Part shown: positions 36,040 to 49,169 of the stretch, piece by piece
Layout: each line of letters begins with the position of its first letter
Numbering within the stretch: the stretch's first letter is position 1
Assembly (NCBI RefSeq): GCF_036321535.1
Contig: NC_087437.1
Span: 41,418,001-41,482,000, forward strand
Length of the DNA stretch: 64,000 nt
Source of the DNA: Camelus dromedarius
Lineage: Eukaryota
Direction: 5' to 3'
The notes under the pieces: model-generated
What the model was told of the DNA's origin: nothing
The model's database searches: none
What the model saw: the letters and a program-made list of their open reading frames with translations, nothing else
Program-made: the position numbers and the translations under genes

Positions 36040-36480
36040 AGAAAAAATCCAGAAGTTTCAACATTTGTCTAATAGGAGGCTAGAGAATGAATAAAAGGAA
36101 ATACTCAAAGAAATGATAGAAAATGTTCCAATATCTTTAGGTTAAAAGCTCTCATTTAGTGTATAAGTAAAAATTACCACACTTGAACACATCCTGAAGC
36201 AATTTCAGAGCATCAAGGATACAAAGGTTATTCTAACTGGGCCACCTACATCAGCAACAATTGATGCTAGTAGATAATGGAACAAAATATTCTATGGAAA
36301 TTGTTTTTACCTTAGAATTCTCTACCTAACTAAATTATCATTTAAGAGAGAATACAAAATAATGACATTTTCAGATAAAGAAGGATTAAATGGTTGATCA
36401 TCTGGTAAAAAATTATTGGAAAGTATATTCCATCAAAGAGAAAATGGAATCAAAAAGAAAACTGCAATACAAAAGACAAT
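36040..36480 (+). mobile_element. Ancient L1 ORF1-region (L1ME/HAL1-like) fragment
   Basis: 'aacatttgtctaataggag...gaaatactcaaagaaatgatagaaaat...ttagaattctctacctaactaaattatcatttaag...gacattttcagata'. Confidence 0.55.
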
Positions 36481-36861
36481 GTAAGCAAAGGTAGCAAACT
36501 CTTACCCACTTAAAGTCATTCTCTTTCTTCCTTGCTGACAAAATTCTGATTTGGAAAATTTATCTTCCATGTATTTCAAGAATATGGGCTCACCTCAGCC
36601 CCAGAGAAATAATGAATGCTAGCTGGTCAAAACTCATCACAGGAATTCTGTCCTCTTTCCTAATGATTGATTCAGTCATAGGCATATCATGCAACACTAA
36701 CTGAAGAAAAGCCTGGTGGGAGTTGTAAGAATGGTTTTCCTCTTCAAAAACTGAAAAAAGAAGGGGAGAGAAGAGAAGCAAAGGGAAGGGAATGGGAGGG
36801 AAGGGAATGGAAGAAAAGGAAAGAGAAGAGAAGAGAAGATGGCCAGAAGAAGCTTCCTGCC

Positions 36862-37505
36862 TGTGGTAGCCATCCTCCAAGATGGCTGCCAGTGAGCCTC
36901 ACCTGGTATTTACACCCTTGTGTCGTTCCCTCCAACATAGAATACAAAGGACTTCCAAAATTGAATAATAAAAGGCATTTCAGCTTTTACCTTGTTTTCT
37001 GCGTTCACTTACTCTCAGGCAGGGTTTCTCAGCCTCAGCACTATTGACATTTTGGGTCTGAGAACTCATGCTGTAGGGGGCTGTCCTGTGTGCTGCTGGA
37101 TCTTTAGAAGCATCCCTGGTCCCTATCCACCAGATGCCAATAACACCTTCCCATTTGGGACAAGCGAAAATGTCTCTAGACCTTGCCAAATATCCCCTAG
37201 AAAGAAAGAAACCTGGTTGAGAACCATTGCTCTAGGGGAAACCAGCCACTGTGTCCTGCAGACATTCATGCATCTTGCCAGCCATGTGAGTAGGCTGCCT
37301 TGAAGTTGATCCTCCACTCCAGTCAAGCATTCAGATGACTGCAAGCCCTGCTGGCTCTAACTGCTACCTCATGTGCTGTCCTAAGCTAGGTCCACTGAAC
37401 CAAGCCACTCCCAAATCCCTGGCCCACAGAAACCATGATAAATAATAAATGTTATTGGTGGTATAAGCCACTTGATTTGTTGTGCAGCAGTGGATAACTA
37501 CTACA
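36862..37505 (+). mobile_element. MaLR LTR (MLT1F/G-like), interrupted by MER20
   Basis: Start 'tgtggtagccatcctccaagatggctgccagtgagcctcacctggtatttacacccttgtg'; end 'cccacagaaaccatgataaataataaatgtt...taagccact...gcagcagtggataactactaca'. Confidence 0.75.
37020..37229 (-). mobile_element. MER20 (hAT-Charlie), full length
   Basis: CAGGGTTTCTCAGCCTCAGCACTATTGACATTTTGGG...CCAGATGCCAATA...GGTTGAGAACCATTG; the approximate 8-bp flanks are CTCTCAGG and CTCTAGGG. Confidence 0.88.
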
Positions 37506-37810
37506 CTGACTTCAGACAGGGCTGTCTGTGGTTGTAACAGATGGACCTATAGCAGCCACCTTCCTACCAGGTTTGGATGAGCTTGAGAAAGAAAGCAGAA
37601 GATGAAAAGCAATTGGATCCTTAATCACATCATTGAGCCACTAAATTAATCCAGGAGTAAGCTATATCTTCTTTATATGGGACATAAGTTTTTCTCTCTT
37701 TGTATAAGCTACTTTTAGTTGTGTACTCTGTTGTTTGTAGCCAAACACTTTCTATTACAGAAAATAAACATTAAAACTTTTAATTAAGTCATTATTATTG
37801 CTTATTTACT

Positions 37811-39382
37811 GAAGAAAAAGAATGAAGCTGGAGGAATAACCCTCCCAGACTTCAGACAATACTACAAAACTACAGTAATCAAACCAGCATGGTATTGGCA
37901 TAAAAACAGACATATGGATCAATGGAACAGAATAGAGAGCCCAGAAATAAACCCACACACCTACGATCAATTAGTCCTCAACAAAGAAGCCAAGAATATA
38001 TAATGGAGAAAAGACAGTCTCTTTGACAAGTGATTTTGAGAAAGCTGGACAGCCACATGTAAATCAATGAAATTAGAACACTCCCTCACACCATACACAA
38101 AGATAAACTCAAAATAGCTTAAAGATTTAAACATAAGATCAGACACTATAAATCTCCTAGAAGAAAATATAGGCAAAATATTCTCCAACATAAATCTTAG
38201 CAATGTTCTCCTAAGGCAGTCTACCAAGGCAATAGAAATAAAGGCAAAAATAAGCAAATGGGACCTGATTAAACTTAGAAGCTTTTGCACAGCAAAGGAA
38301 ACTATAAACAAAATGAAATGACAACCTATGGAATGGGAGAAAATATTTGCAAATGATGCAGTTAACAACAGCTTAATTTTCAGAATATACACAACAGCTC
38401 ATACAACTCAGTAACAAAAAAATAAACAACCTAGTCAAAAAAAAAAGGGGGGGGGGTGACACCTAAATAAACATTCCTCCAGTGAAGACATACAGATTAC
38501 CAATAGACACATGAAAAAAATGCTCAACTAATACAGAAATGCAAATCAAAGCTACAATGAGGTATCACTTCACACCAGTCAGAATGGCCATCATTCAAAA
38601 GTCCACAAACAATAAATGCTGGAGAGGGTGTGGAGAAAAGGGAATTGTTAGTGGGAATATAGTTTGGTGCAGCCACTATGGAAAACAGTATGGAGAGTAC
38701 TTAAAAAACTAAAAGTAAACTTACCCTATGATCCAGCAATCCCACTCCTGGGCATATATCCAGAGGAAACTCTAATTCAGAAAAATACATGCACCCCAAT
38801 GTTCATAGCAGCACTACTTACAATAGTCAAGACATGGAAGCAACCTAAATGTCCATTGACCTATGAATGGATAAAGAAGTTGTGGTTAAAAAAAAAAATT
38901 AAGTTGTGGTATATATATATAATGGAATACTACTAAACCATAAAAAAGAATAAAATAATGCCATTTGCAGCAACATGGATGGGCCTGGAGATATTCATAC
39001 TAAGTGAAGTAGGCCAGAAAAAGAAAGAAAAATACCATGTAATACCACTCATATGTGGAATCTGAAAAACAAACAAACAAACAGATACAAGTGAACTTAT
39101 TTACAAAACAGAAACAGACTCATAGATATAGAAGATAAATGTGTGGTTACCAGGGGAGCAAGGGCAAGAGGGAGGGGTGGAGGAATAAAATGGGAGTTGG
39201 GGATTTGCAGATACTAACTACTATATATAAAATAGATAAACAGAGATGGTCCCACTGTGTAACACAGTGAACTATAGTCAACACCTGGTAATGACCTATA
39301 ATGAAAAAGAATATGAAAAGGAACATATATATATATGTATAATTGAATCACTATGCTGTACATCAGAAATAAAAAATTTTTT
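37811..39382 (+). mobile_element. LINE-1, 3' 1.6 kb (ORF2 C-terminal third plus 3' UTR), disrupted
   Basis: Encodes [50 protein letters not shown] and [31 protein letters not shown], with stops and frameshifts. The 3' UTR is of cetartiodactyl type. Confidence 0.95.
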
Positions 39383-39562
39383 AAAGTCTTTATTATCACT
39401 GATTCACAAAGTAAAAAGAAATAGTGATAATCTAAAACTAACAATCTTATGAGAATAAAGGGAAAGGAGACAGAAAAGCATGTTAAGATTTTGTCTGATT
39501 TGGAGATATATAGAGATACTTTCTCTAATCACAGAAAAATGTAAGTCAATTATGCATGATAA

Positions 39563-40372
39563 CAATAAGGTATCACCTCACACCAGTCAGAATGGTCATC
39601 ATTCAAAAGTCCACAAATGAGAAATGCTGGAGAGGATGTGGAGAAAAGGGAACCCTTCTACACTGTAGGTGGGAATACAGTTTGGTGCAGCCATTGTGGA
39701 AAACAGTATGGAGAGTACTTAAAAAACTAAAAATATACTTACCATATGATCCAGCAATCCCACTCCTGGGCATATATCTGGAGGGAACTCTAATTCAAAA
39801 AGATACATGCACCCCAGTGTTCATAGCAGCACTATATACAGTAACCAAGACATGGAAGCAACCTAAAAGTCCCCCAACAGATGACTGGATAAAGAAGTTA
39901 TGGTATATTTATACAATGGAATACTATTCAGCCATAAAAAAGAAATAATGCCATTTGCAGCAACATGGATCAGCCTGGAGATATTCATACTAAATGAAGT
40001 AAGCCAGAAAAAGAAAAAGAAAGAAATATACCACATGATATCACTCATATGTGGAATCTAAAAAAGAAAAAGAAGACACTAACGTGCTCATCTACAAAAC
40101 AGAAACAGAGTCACAGACATAGTAAACAATTTATGGTTACCAGGGAAAAGGGGGTGGGAAGGGATAGATTTGGGAGCTTGAGATTTGTAGTTATATATAA
40201 AAATAGATTAAAAAAAACAAATTCTTCTGTATAGCACAAGGAACTATAGTCAATATCTCATAACAACATTTAGTGAAAAAGAACATGAAAATGAATATAT
40301 GCTTGTATTTGTATGACTGGGACATTATGATATACACCAGAAATTGACACATTGTAACTTCAATTGAACAAA
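39563..40372 (+). mobile_element. Younger LINE-1 3' end with perfect 15-bp TSD
   Basis: ORF 39556..39948 is the L1 ORF2 C-terminus (RYHLTPVRM...[14 protein letters not shown]...[11 protein letters not shown]). Flanked by AATTATGCATGATAA at 39548-39562 and 40373-40387. Confidence 0.95.
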
Positions 40373-40575
40373 AATTATGCATGATAATATAAGAGTCACC
40401 ATATAGGCAAATATAAATTAGATATTACAAACTACTTGAGTAGAAAAAATGGAACAAGGATAACATGATGAAGTCAATAAAATGAAGAAAAAATAAATAA
40501 ACCAGAACACGTAGCGTAAAGGACATGTTTCTAGAGTGGTGGGGCCCACTCAGCATCCCTTCTGTTTTTGCATAC

Positions 40576-41093
40576 TGTGGTAGGTAGACTAATGCCCTCC
40601 GCCTGCCAAAGATGTTCATGTTCCAGTCTGCAGAACCTTACCTGGCAAGAGGGTCTTTGCATGTGTGATTAAATTAAGGAATATGGGAAGTGGAGATTTT
40701 CTTGGATTAAGCAGAGTGGGCCCAATGTAATCACAAAGATCTTTAAAATGAAAGAGGGAGGCAGAATAGAAAATTAGAGAAAGAGATGAAATGGAAGAAA
40801 GGCACAGAGAAATGCAACACTGCTGTCTTTGACAGTGAAGGAAGTGGGCCATAAGCCATAGAATACGGGCTACCTCTAGAAGCTAGAAAGGCAAGGAAAT
40901 GGATTCTCGCCTAGAGCTTTCAGAAAGCAAATCAGCCCTGCAGACACCTTAATTTTAGCTCAGTAAGACCCCTTTTGACTTCAGACCTCCAGACTGTAAG
41001 ATAATAAATTTGTATTGTTTAAAGCCACTACATTTGAGGTAATTTGTCACAGCACTGATTTAAAAAAAAAAAAAAAAAAAAAAGCTAATAAGA
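40576..41093 (+). mobile_element. MaLR LTR (MLT1C/D-like)
   Basis: 'tgtggtaggtagactaatgccc...gtgtgattaaattaagg...ctctagaagctagaaaggcaaggaaatggattctc...ctgtaagataataaatttgtattgtttaaagccacta'; contains an expanded poly-A near its end. Confidence 0.85.
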
Positions 41094-41394
41094 CTTCCTG
41101 TATCCATATTTCCTTTTGAATAATGGTCTTTTTCCCCTTGGTTACAGATCTCTGGAGAGCTCTTCCTTGGGTTTTCTGCCCACTGTTATCCAAAGGGTGA
41201 GTAGGTGTCTGAAATCAGAATAGAAGTCCCTTTCACAGAATCCTGAAACTTAAGAAGAATGGCAACAGACTGAAAGTGGTTAGTGATCATTTGTTCCAAT
41301 TGTGGTACCTTACCTATAGGGATTTACTAGAGTCTTTTCATCCTTCCTATTTCTCAGAAGTTGCCTTTTTTCTATCTATTCCATGCATAGTCTC

Positions 41395-41925
41395 TGTGCT
41401 GTTTTTTACTGCTATGTGACAAACCACTTCAAAACTCAGTGAATAAAACAACAAGCATTTCTTTAGCTCACAAATCTGTAATCTGGGCAGAGTTTGGTGG
41501 GAAAGTTTTGCTCCACAGAGCATCAGCTAGAACTGGAGAGCCCATTTCCAAAACGCCTCAGTCACTCATCTAGCAAATTTGGCCCTGTGCTCTGTGGTGA
41601 GTGCTCAGCCATGGCTGATGGCTGGAAGCTCTGGTTTCTCTCCAGGTTGGTCTCTCCATGGGCTGTTGAGGCTTTTTTATGGCATGGTAGCTGAGTTCCA
41701 AGAACAAGTGTCCCATGAGAACCAGACAGAAGCTGTATCACTTTTTATGGCCTCGTCTCAGAAGTCATTTGACTTCAGCAACACCATTGTCACAAATCTA
41801 CCCAGATTCAAGAGGAAGACATTTACATCACACCTTTCAACAGGAGGAGTAGCTCAGTCACGTTATAGAAGAGCATATGGTGCAAAAGAAATTGTTGCAG
41901 TATTTTGGGGAACTAAACTCTAGCA
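41395..41925 (-). mobile_element. MaLR LTR (MLT1G/H-like)
   Basis: 'tactgctatgtgacaaaccacttcaaaactcagtgaataaaacaacaagcattt...gctcacaaatctgtaatctgggcag'. Confidence 0.7.
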
Positions 41926-43554
41926 CATCCTTCCAGCCATGCTCTGACCTCAGTATCTTTGCCTTTTGTTCATGTTAACCAGAGTTGGTTTCTGCTGTTG
42001 CTTGCAATCAAATAATATATCAGGCATAAGCACAAACGTGTTAGAATAAGTGTAAATATTTAAATTCTTTTATTAGAATCAGAGTGTATAAAAGCAAAGC
42101 AAAACAACCCCAATAAACTAAGAGTACACAAATCTGCCATAGAAAATTGATCAAATTTGACCAGGCTACAAGGCATAAGTTTTGATCATTTCCAAAAGGC
42201 AGCAATCATGGATACCACATTCTCAGACCCCATGACTAAGAGATTTCAATATTCATGTCACAGATTTAAATAGATTCACAGTTCTTGGCCCCTCTTCACT
42301 AAAATCACTTTTGTCCCTTCCTGCACTTAAACTTGCTCCTAGAGACACAATCAGAAATTTACTATCATCTTAAACAGCTCTGCCTTAGAGAACAAAACTT
42401 CAATTTTCCATTTTCCAGTCACACACCCTATCCTTCTAGCTTCCAGGTAGCCTTTGCTAATATTACCACTGTTTTCAGCCTCAGAGAGACTCCACTTCTG
42501 CCAATGGTGGCATTCTTTCTTCTTTTCCATTGTTTTTTTCTCTTCCTTCCCTTTTTATGATGGACCTCAAAGTGTTTAGGAGCCTGAAATTCAATATATT
42601 GTATTCCATATAGTACGATCTGAGGTGAAGAACATGGCCTCTGGAGTTGAACTGCCTGAGATCAAATCCCAAAATAGAAAAAGAAAAACAACACAGTTGC
42701 TTTATAGTTCTCATTTCTTATTTTAGATAGGTAGGTAGATAGATAAATTTTTTTTTTAACCTAGTTACCCTGGAACAATAATGCCAAATGACTACATCTC
42801 ATTTGTATTAAATAGGTTCAGAGCAATATTCCTAATTATCTAGCACCTTTTCATTCAAAAGATAAACACAACATGTTATCTAAAAATACCAGTATTACAC
42901 TTTCCCCAAATATGGAAAACTATTTTTACTAAAAATTTGGCAAGCCCTTTCAAAACAGCATTTTCTGTTTTCATTCTTTGAGAAATTTCTAACAACAAAG
43001 ATGCATAGAAATTTTAACATGCAGCTATAAGCCTTCAATATTTACTGTAAAACTTTGTTTATAATTTTTTGAAAGTTGCTTGAACTTAAATCCTAAAGCA
43101 GTTTTAAGTTTAATTATATTCGAGCCAAATAATGGAGTTTTCAGCTTGTTTTTCCTCAATATTTTTAGGACCTAACCTAGTGTCTTGCAACAGTTAGCAT
43201 TCCATACATGTCTGGTCAATGACCAAACAAACTGTAATAGAAATGATAAAAGGACATCTATTCTGACAACCAGGGCCTGTCTGGACCATGTCAAAAGCCT
43301 GTGGTGCTTTGCTTCCTGCTGGCTATCTCAATTAGTTTCCACTTCTTTTCTGCAGAACTTTGCTACACAACTATATCCTGTTTAATTTTAGATTCTAAGC
43401 CTCCCCTACCCCACCATACACAAAATAATTTTCAGTTTTTTAGTTCCTGTCCATATATTTGAATGGCACACCCCGCTGGTTAGCCTGGAGCTGGGAGAGT
43501 GTAGTAGTCCAGCTAGATCTTTACATGAAGTCATAAGGTACATAACATAAATGT

Positions 43555-43680
43555 CTTTATCAGACTTTTAGAGCTGGAAGGAAACTTTGAGATAACTGAG
43601 ACCAACCCTCTCATTTTACAGATAAGGAAACCAAGGTCCAGAGACACTATTTGACTTGCTCAATGTCACAGAGTTAGCAC
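43555..43680 (-). mobile_element. MIR SINE
   Basis: 'ttttagagctggaaggaaactttgagat...ctcattttacagataaggaaaccaaggtccagaga...tgacttgctcaatgtcacagag'. Confidence 0.8.
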
Positions 43681-44861
43681 AGGAAAAGGCTTTGGGAACT
43701 AAAGGATCTGTGCTTTAGAAAAAAAAAAAGCGAGGCTGTATTTACTGTTATTGTTTCCCCAAGATTCCCGATTCACTGTTCCTTCTACCATACCATGCTG
43801 CACACCAGATACCATCCACTTGTGTCGTGCTTTTTATCTAAAGGAAACTGTAAAGTACACAACTGATCTATTTCCCTTAATGAGTGGGCTGCCTGAGATT
43901 TCCAAGCTAAATGAGTGGGTTTGCCATGCCTGGTATTGCCTCTTGTGGGGGAAGAAGTGCCAAAAATAGAGCCAAGAAGCTTGTCTGAGTGGGTTCTTTA
44001 AGCCAGAGAACCTAGGTGACAAAACAAGGAATGGGGAGTTGTATTGGTCACTTGGCCAAAGAAGGCAGAGGCCAAACCTCTTCAGAGATTTAACACACTC
44101 TCTTCATGCAATTACATGGATGACTTGTGAGATCAACACTGGAATATGTGAGCTCTCTTATAGCACTCAAGATACTATACAGTAGTTTTGTTGGTTTTCT
44201 TTTCCACCATGGAGCTACTGAGCATAAGGAATTTTTCTTATTCAGCTCTCTTTCTCTAGTACCTAGCATAATGCTTGCAGTAAAGTGGTGCTTATAAAAT
44301 TAATCATTAAATCAGTTAAAGAAGTAGTCTATAGAGGTGGACAGAACTGGCCGCTTTGAAGCCAGAAAACGTCGGACAAGTCTTTTGAGACTTCTGGGTG
44401 TCAGCATTTTTTATTTGTTAGATTTTGCATAACTAGTTGATTCTGAGAACAAGCCAAGAGTCCTATGGCTATGATTATGTCAAAGGCTGATAATAAAAAT
44501 CAGTTGTGGATCCACGTTTCTCATCTATTCACAAAGAACGTAAATTCATTCATTCATTAATATATCCATTCATCAAAAACATGTATTGAATACAGGAATC
44601 ATCAAAATGGTCTCTGCTTTTATAATTTAGGCAGTGTTTCTAAAAGTGTGGTTCATGTGCATGTGTATCAAAAAAAGGGGTAGGACTTACATGTAGACTC
44701 CCAGAATACTGAGGGATCAGGGCTCAGGAATCTTCACTTTTAAACAAGCACCTTCCCAGATGATTTTTCCCCATTCTCAAATATTTATTGAGCATCTTTG
44801 ATAGGCAAGGCTTTTACTTAGACCAAAGTAATAATGAGAGTTGATTATAGCTCTGAAAGTA

Positions 44862-45218
44862 TGTTAGTCTATTTGGGTTCCTGTAACAAAATACCATAGA
44901 TTAGGTGGCTTATAACAACAGAAATTTATTTCTCATAGTTTTAGAGGCTGGGAAGTCGAAGATCCAGGTACTGGCAGATTCAGGGTCTGGCAAGAGCCTG
45001 CTTCCTCACAGAGAGCCGTCTTCTCATTTGTGTCCTCAAATGGCAGAAAGGGCAGTCTAGGTCTAGGGGGTCTCTTTACTAAGGGCACTAATCTCAATCA
45101 TGAGGGCTCTGCCCTTTGACATAATCACCTCCCAAAGACCTAATCACCTTGGAGATTAGGATTTCAACATAAGAATTTTTATGGGGTGGGGAGGGACATA
45201 CATTCAGTCCACATCAAC
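44862..45218 (-). mobile_element. MaLR LTR (MLT1A/B-like)
   Basis: 'ttagtctatttgggttcctgtaacaaaataccatagattaggtggcttataacaacagaaatttatttctcatagttttagaggctgggaagtc...taatcacctcccaaag...cattcagtccaca'. Confidence 0.85.
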
Positions 45219-45614
45219 ATGAGACAAAATCCAATCTCATTAGTGAACATAATGAAACTTAGTTAAATGCACAGATGTCAGAAAAACTGAGAAGGGTAGA
45301 AAGAATTCAGGACAGAGTCCAGTTTATGAAGAAAAAAAAATAGTATCCTAAAGATGGTTGGACAGAGGTTCCAGACATTTATAGATGTTATTGTTAGTCT
45401 TTCAGTGAAAAGGGCCCAGAAGAGTTGCTTAGAGTTCTTTGTCTTCCAGCATATACATCACCAGTTTCTACAATCAACAGCATATTACCATAGTTATTTG
45501 TTTCTCTCTCTCCTCCCATGCTTTTTCTTTGCTAAAATATATTTTTTTTAATCTTTGACATCATGTCATTTTCCTCTAAATATTTCAATAAATATCTCAA
45601 AAAGGGGAAGGGAT

Positions 45615-46005
45615 TTGAGTGTGGGCTGTGCTTAGTGATGTGCTTGCAAAACATAAAGTGTGAAAGGGGGCAAAAGTAAATTTACAGTAGAGAAGTTTAG
45701 CAAACAGCAAACACTACCTTGGCCAAGTAATCAAGATTAACAGGATCAGTGATAAATCATATTGATAGAATGCACCCCTGACAAGATATAATGAGAAATG
45801 CACTAGTAAACTTTTAATAAAGTGTGTTATTTAGTTAGTAGTAATGTGATAATACTGGTTCTTTAGTTGTGACAAATGTACCAGAGTAATATAAGATGTT
45901 CACAGTAGGGGAAACTTGGTATGAGATATATAGGAACTATGTACTATGTTTATAACTTTTTGGTAAATCTAAAACTATTCTAAATTTTAAAGTTTATTAT
46001 AAAAA
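45615..46005 (+). mobile_element. L1MC/MD-like 3' end
   Basis: 'aaacactaccttggccaagtaatcaagattaaca...ttagttgtgacaaatgtacca...gtaaatctaaaactattctaaa'. Confidence 0.7.
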
Positions 46006-46009
46006 TGGG

Positions 46010-46475
46010 AGGAATATAACAAACTGAATAACCTAGAAGAAATGGATAAACTTCTAGAAACATACAAAATTAAATCATGAAGAAGAAAATCTGAAAAGAC
46101 CAGTATGAGTAAGGCGAGTGGATCCATAATCAAAAATCTCCCAACAAAGAAAATCTTGGGACCAAATGGTTTCACTGGTGAATTCTACCAAACATTTAAG
46201 GAAAAATTAATGCCAATCCTTCTCAATCTCTTCCAAAAAATTGAGGAGAGAGCACTTTCATTTTACAAGGCTGTCATTACCCTGATACCAAAGCCAGATA
46301 AGGACACTGCAAGAAAAGAAAACTATAGACCAATATCCCTGATACATATACATGCAAAATTCAGTTTGCTAATATTTTCAAAATACTAGCAAACCAAATT
46401 CAACAGCACAGTAAAAGAATCATACACTATGATCAAGTGGGATTTATGCTTGGAATGCATGGATGGTTCAACAGT
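46010..46475 (+). mobile_element. LINE-1 ORF2 fragment (start of reverse transcriptase region)
   Basis: ORF 46105..46389: [40 protein letters not shown]...[22 protein letters not shown]. Confidence 0.92.
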
Positions 46476-46620
46476 GTATATTGTATATTCAATATCTTGT
46501 AGTAACTTATGGTGAAAAAGAATACGAAAACGAATATATGGATGTACATGTATGACTGAAGCATTATGCTCTACATCAGAAACTGATACAACATTGTAAA
46601 CTGACTATACTTTCAAAAAT
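46476..46620 (+). mobile_element. L1 3' terminal fragment, same type as the 40230-40372 terminus
   Basis: 'tcaatatcttgtagtaacttatggtgaaaaagaatacgaaaacgaatatatg...gtatgactgaagcattatgc...aacattgtaaactgactatact' parallels 40250-40360. Confidence 0.8.
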
Positions 46621-47956
46621 GGTAGGGGCAGAAAGACAATCCACTATCACATCAAAAAGATGACTTGTCTCAAACTAGGTCAGAGACAGATATTTTTGCA
46701 AGATATAACTCATAGCCACCTTGTACAAAGATACCTATATTCATGATAAATTTCTTAGCCACTTTTCTGGTGGACTTGAATGAAATTGAATTTTGTTCTG
46801 GAAACTGGTACTGATCCACCCAACAGACTGCCAGTCTTAAAGGTCCAGTGAACTTGAAATAGTTTTTCTTTCTAATTTGTTCTGTATTGAATATCTTATC
46901 AATCTCTTTTTGTATGAAATAGGAGTGAATCTTTGAATGAACCTGAGTAGAACCTTTTTCCTTGAATGTTTTATGATAATAATATGTTTACATATGTCCA
47001 TAGTCACATTATCTGAAAAAATTTTAATAGCACCTAGCAAAAATAATAATCATTTCCTAGTATCATCTAATACCCAGTCGTATTTGTATTTGGCTATTAT
47101 ATTCAGATGATTCTTAAGCTCACCATGGTTTAGGAATCATAGGCCTCTGTTAGACTGATTGGAAGAGCTAATAACATCAAAGGCTTTCTTTGTAAAAGGA
47201 ACATCAAAGTCCATGCATGATCAAGGTATGGATGCTGTAGTCCATGGGTTCCAAACTTTTCTTACATATTGGATGCTTTTGATAATTTGAAGCTACGGAC
47301 CATCTCCTTAGAAAACTGCACTTCTGCACACATCTAAAATTTTTCGGAGGAGTTGTGGGGCTCTTGAGCTCATCCAAGGGTTCTCAGACCTAGGATAAGA
47401 ACATGCACTTTAAATGTTGCCTCCCAATATGCCACTCTGCTGCTCTCACTACACAAGGAGGCCACCATCAACAGGACATGCACATTACTATGTTTCTTTA
47501 GGAGAGCACATTGCCAGTGTTAAGGCCTCCAGACTTAGTTGACAATACAATCTGTAATCGCACGATAGAATAGAAAAAGCCATTGATTTGGTGGCAGATG
47601 ACTTAGATTCTCCAAGTTACTCTTTCAATACTTTTAGCAAATCACTTTAGGAGACAAACATAGGTTAAAGTTAAGCTTAGGATCTTATAGTGCAAAGAAC
47701 TCCATAATATTATCATTTCCATTTTCAAATTGGAAACTGGGAATGAGAGAGGTAAATAATGCATGCAAAGTAATATTCAGCTTGTATCTATTTAGTCAGG
47801 TTTCAGCATCAGGCTTGTCGGAATTTAAAACTCATATCCTTTTTTTTTTTTTTTTTCAAATTACACTGGTAGTCTTCAAATTGTGCTTAAGAGAACCTCT
47901 TGGGAGAGGTTGGCCCCAGCAGTGTCGGGGTAGGGGAACCTTCAGTCCATTAGTTA

Positions 47957-48005
47957 CATATATATACAGAGAGAGAGAGGAGATATATATATATATATAT
48001 ATATA
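47957..48005. repeat. (TA)n-(GA)n-(TA)n compound microsatellite
   Basis: Read directly. Confidence 0.9.
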
Positions 48006-49137
48006 ATTTCTTAATTAGAATTTTCTAGGTGGCAAAACTATTTGGAAACCATTTCATTTCACTCCACTGTTCAATCTCAATATCTGAAATAGAAGTATAA
48101 TGTTAATATCTATTTTATTATGAGGGATAAGTAAGAACATGCATGTGAAACTAACTGCTGTGTAAATGCCTAGGCATTGTTCAAATGGGAAATATTAATG
48201 CAATTACTCTATGGCAATGAAATAGAGAGTTTTTCTCCTTAAATATCTTTACTGCAATCAACCCATAACTTTGGTGGCATATTTCATGTACCTGAGAAAG
48301 CATGATGGCTTTCAAATGGGTTGGGGGCACTAGTTTAGATTTGAAAGCTTTATGTAAGTGGTGGTGTCTCTATACATTTTTGAATGTTTAATTATTAATT
48401 AATTAGGTATTAAATGCATAATTAGGTTTTAAACTACCATGACTACATCTTCTCAAATGTCTTTGAATTTGCTTCCCTTTAAAATCTTTTTTTTAAGTTT
48501 ATTTAGAATTTCTGAATATTTTCAGATAGGATTTTGGGTTTACCACAATTTAAAAATATTATTGTAACTTTACTTGGAGACTAAACCTTAATATCTGGGA
48601 TCTCGAGGCTGGCCCTATCTGCCCGACATTCACTTGGTGACTTGGTGAAACCACATCAGAATACACTGTAACGGCTGTAACAGGTGAATGGCCTCCAAAA
48701 GTCTGCTGCAACACTTGCAGCCTAAGCATCCAAAATCAAAGGAGAACTCTACCGTGTTATTCTGGGCTAAACTTGTGGGCGGAAATCACATCATCCATAA
48801 TTGAGATATATATCTCTCATTGGTAGAAAAATGTTCCCATTTCCAACTTTTTTTTGAAAAATCAAACGGTGGAAAAAACAACTGCAGAAAAAAAATTCCC
48901 CTTGTATACTTTACACTTCAAAAACGATATCACTTTCATTACTGAGTCATAGAAACTTCCTGAGTATTGCTTTTTTAAGTGAAAAGACCAATCGCTAACC
49001 TATTTTCTTTTCCACCCCATCATCTACAGCAAAATCAACAACTCAGAAATAGTCTTTTGTGAAACTGCAAAGTAGGCAAGGTTCTTCTGTGGCTTCCTTC
49101 TTCTCCCTTCCTCTCCTTCTGTCTCCCACTTCATGGA

Positions 49138-49169
49138 CCTCCCAGCTCCTCCCAGCTCCTCCCAGCTCC
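49138..49169. repeat. 10-bp tandem repeat (CCTCCCAGCT) x3
   Basis: cctcccagct cctcccagct cctcccagct cc read directly. Confidence 0.85.

Noticed and set aside
37811..40372. Active LINE-1 or host gene from ORFs 38664..38936 and 39556..39948
   Set aside because: These are 5'-truncated ORF2 C-terminal fragments with stops and frameshifts; no promoter, ORF1, endonuclease or RT domain.
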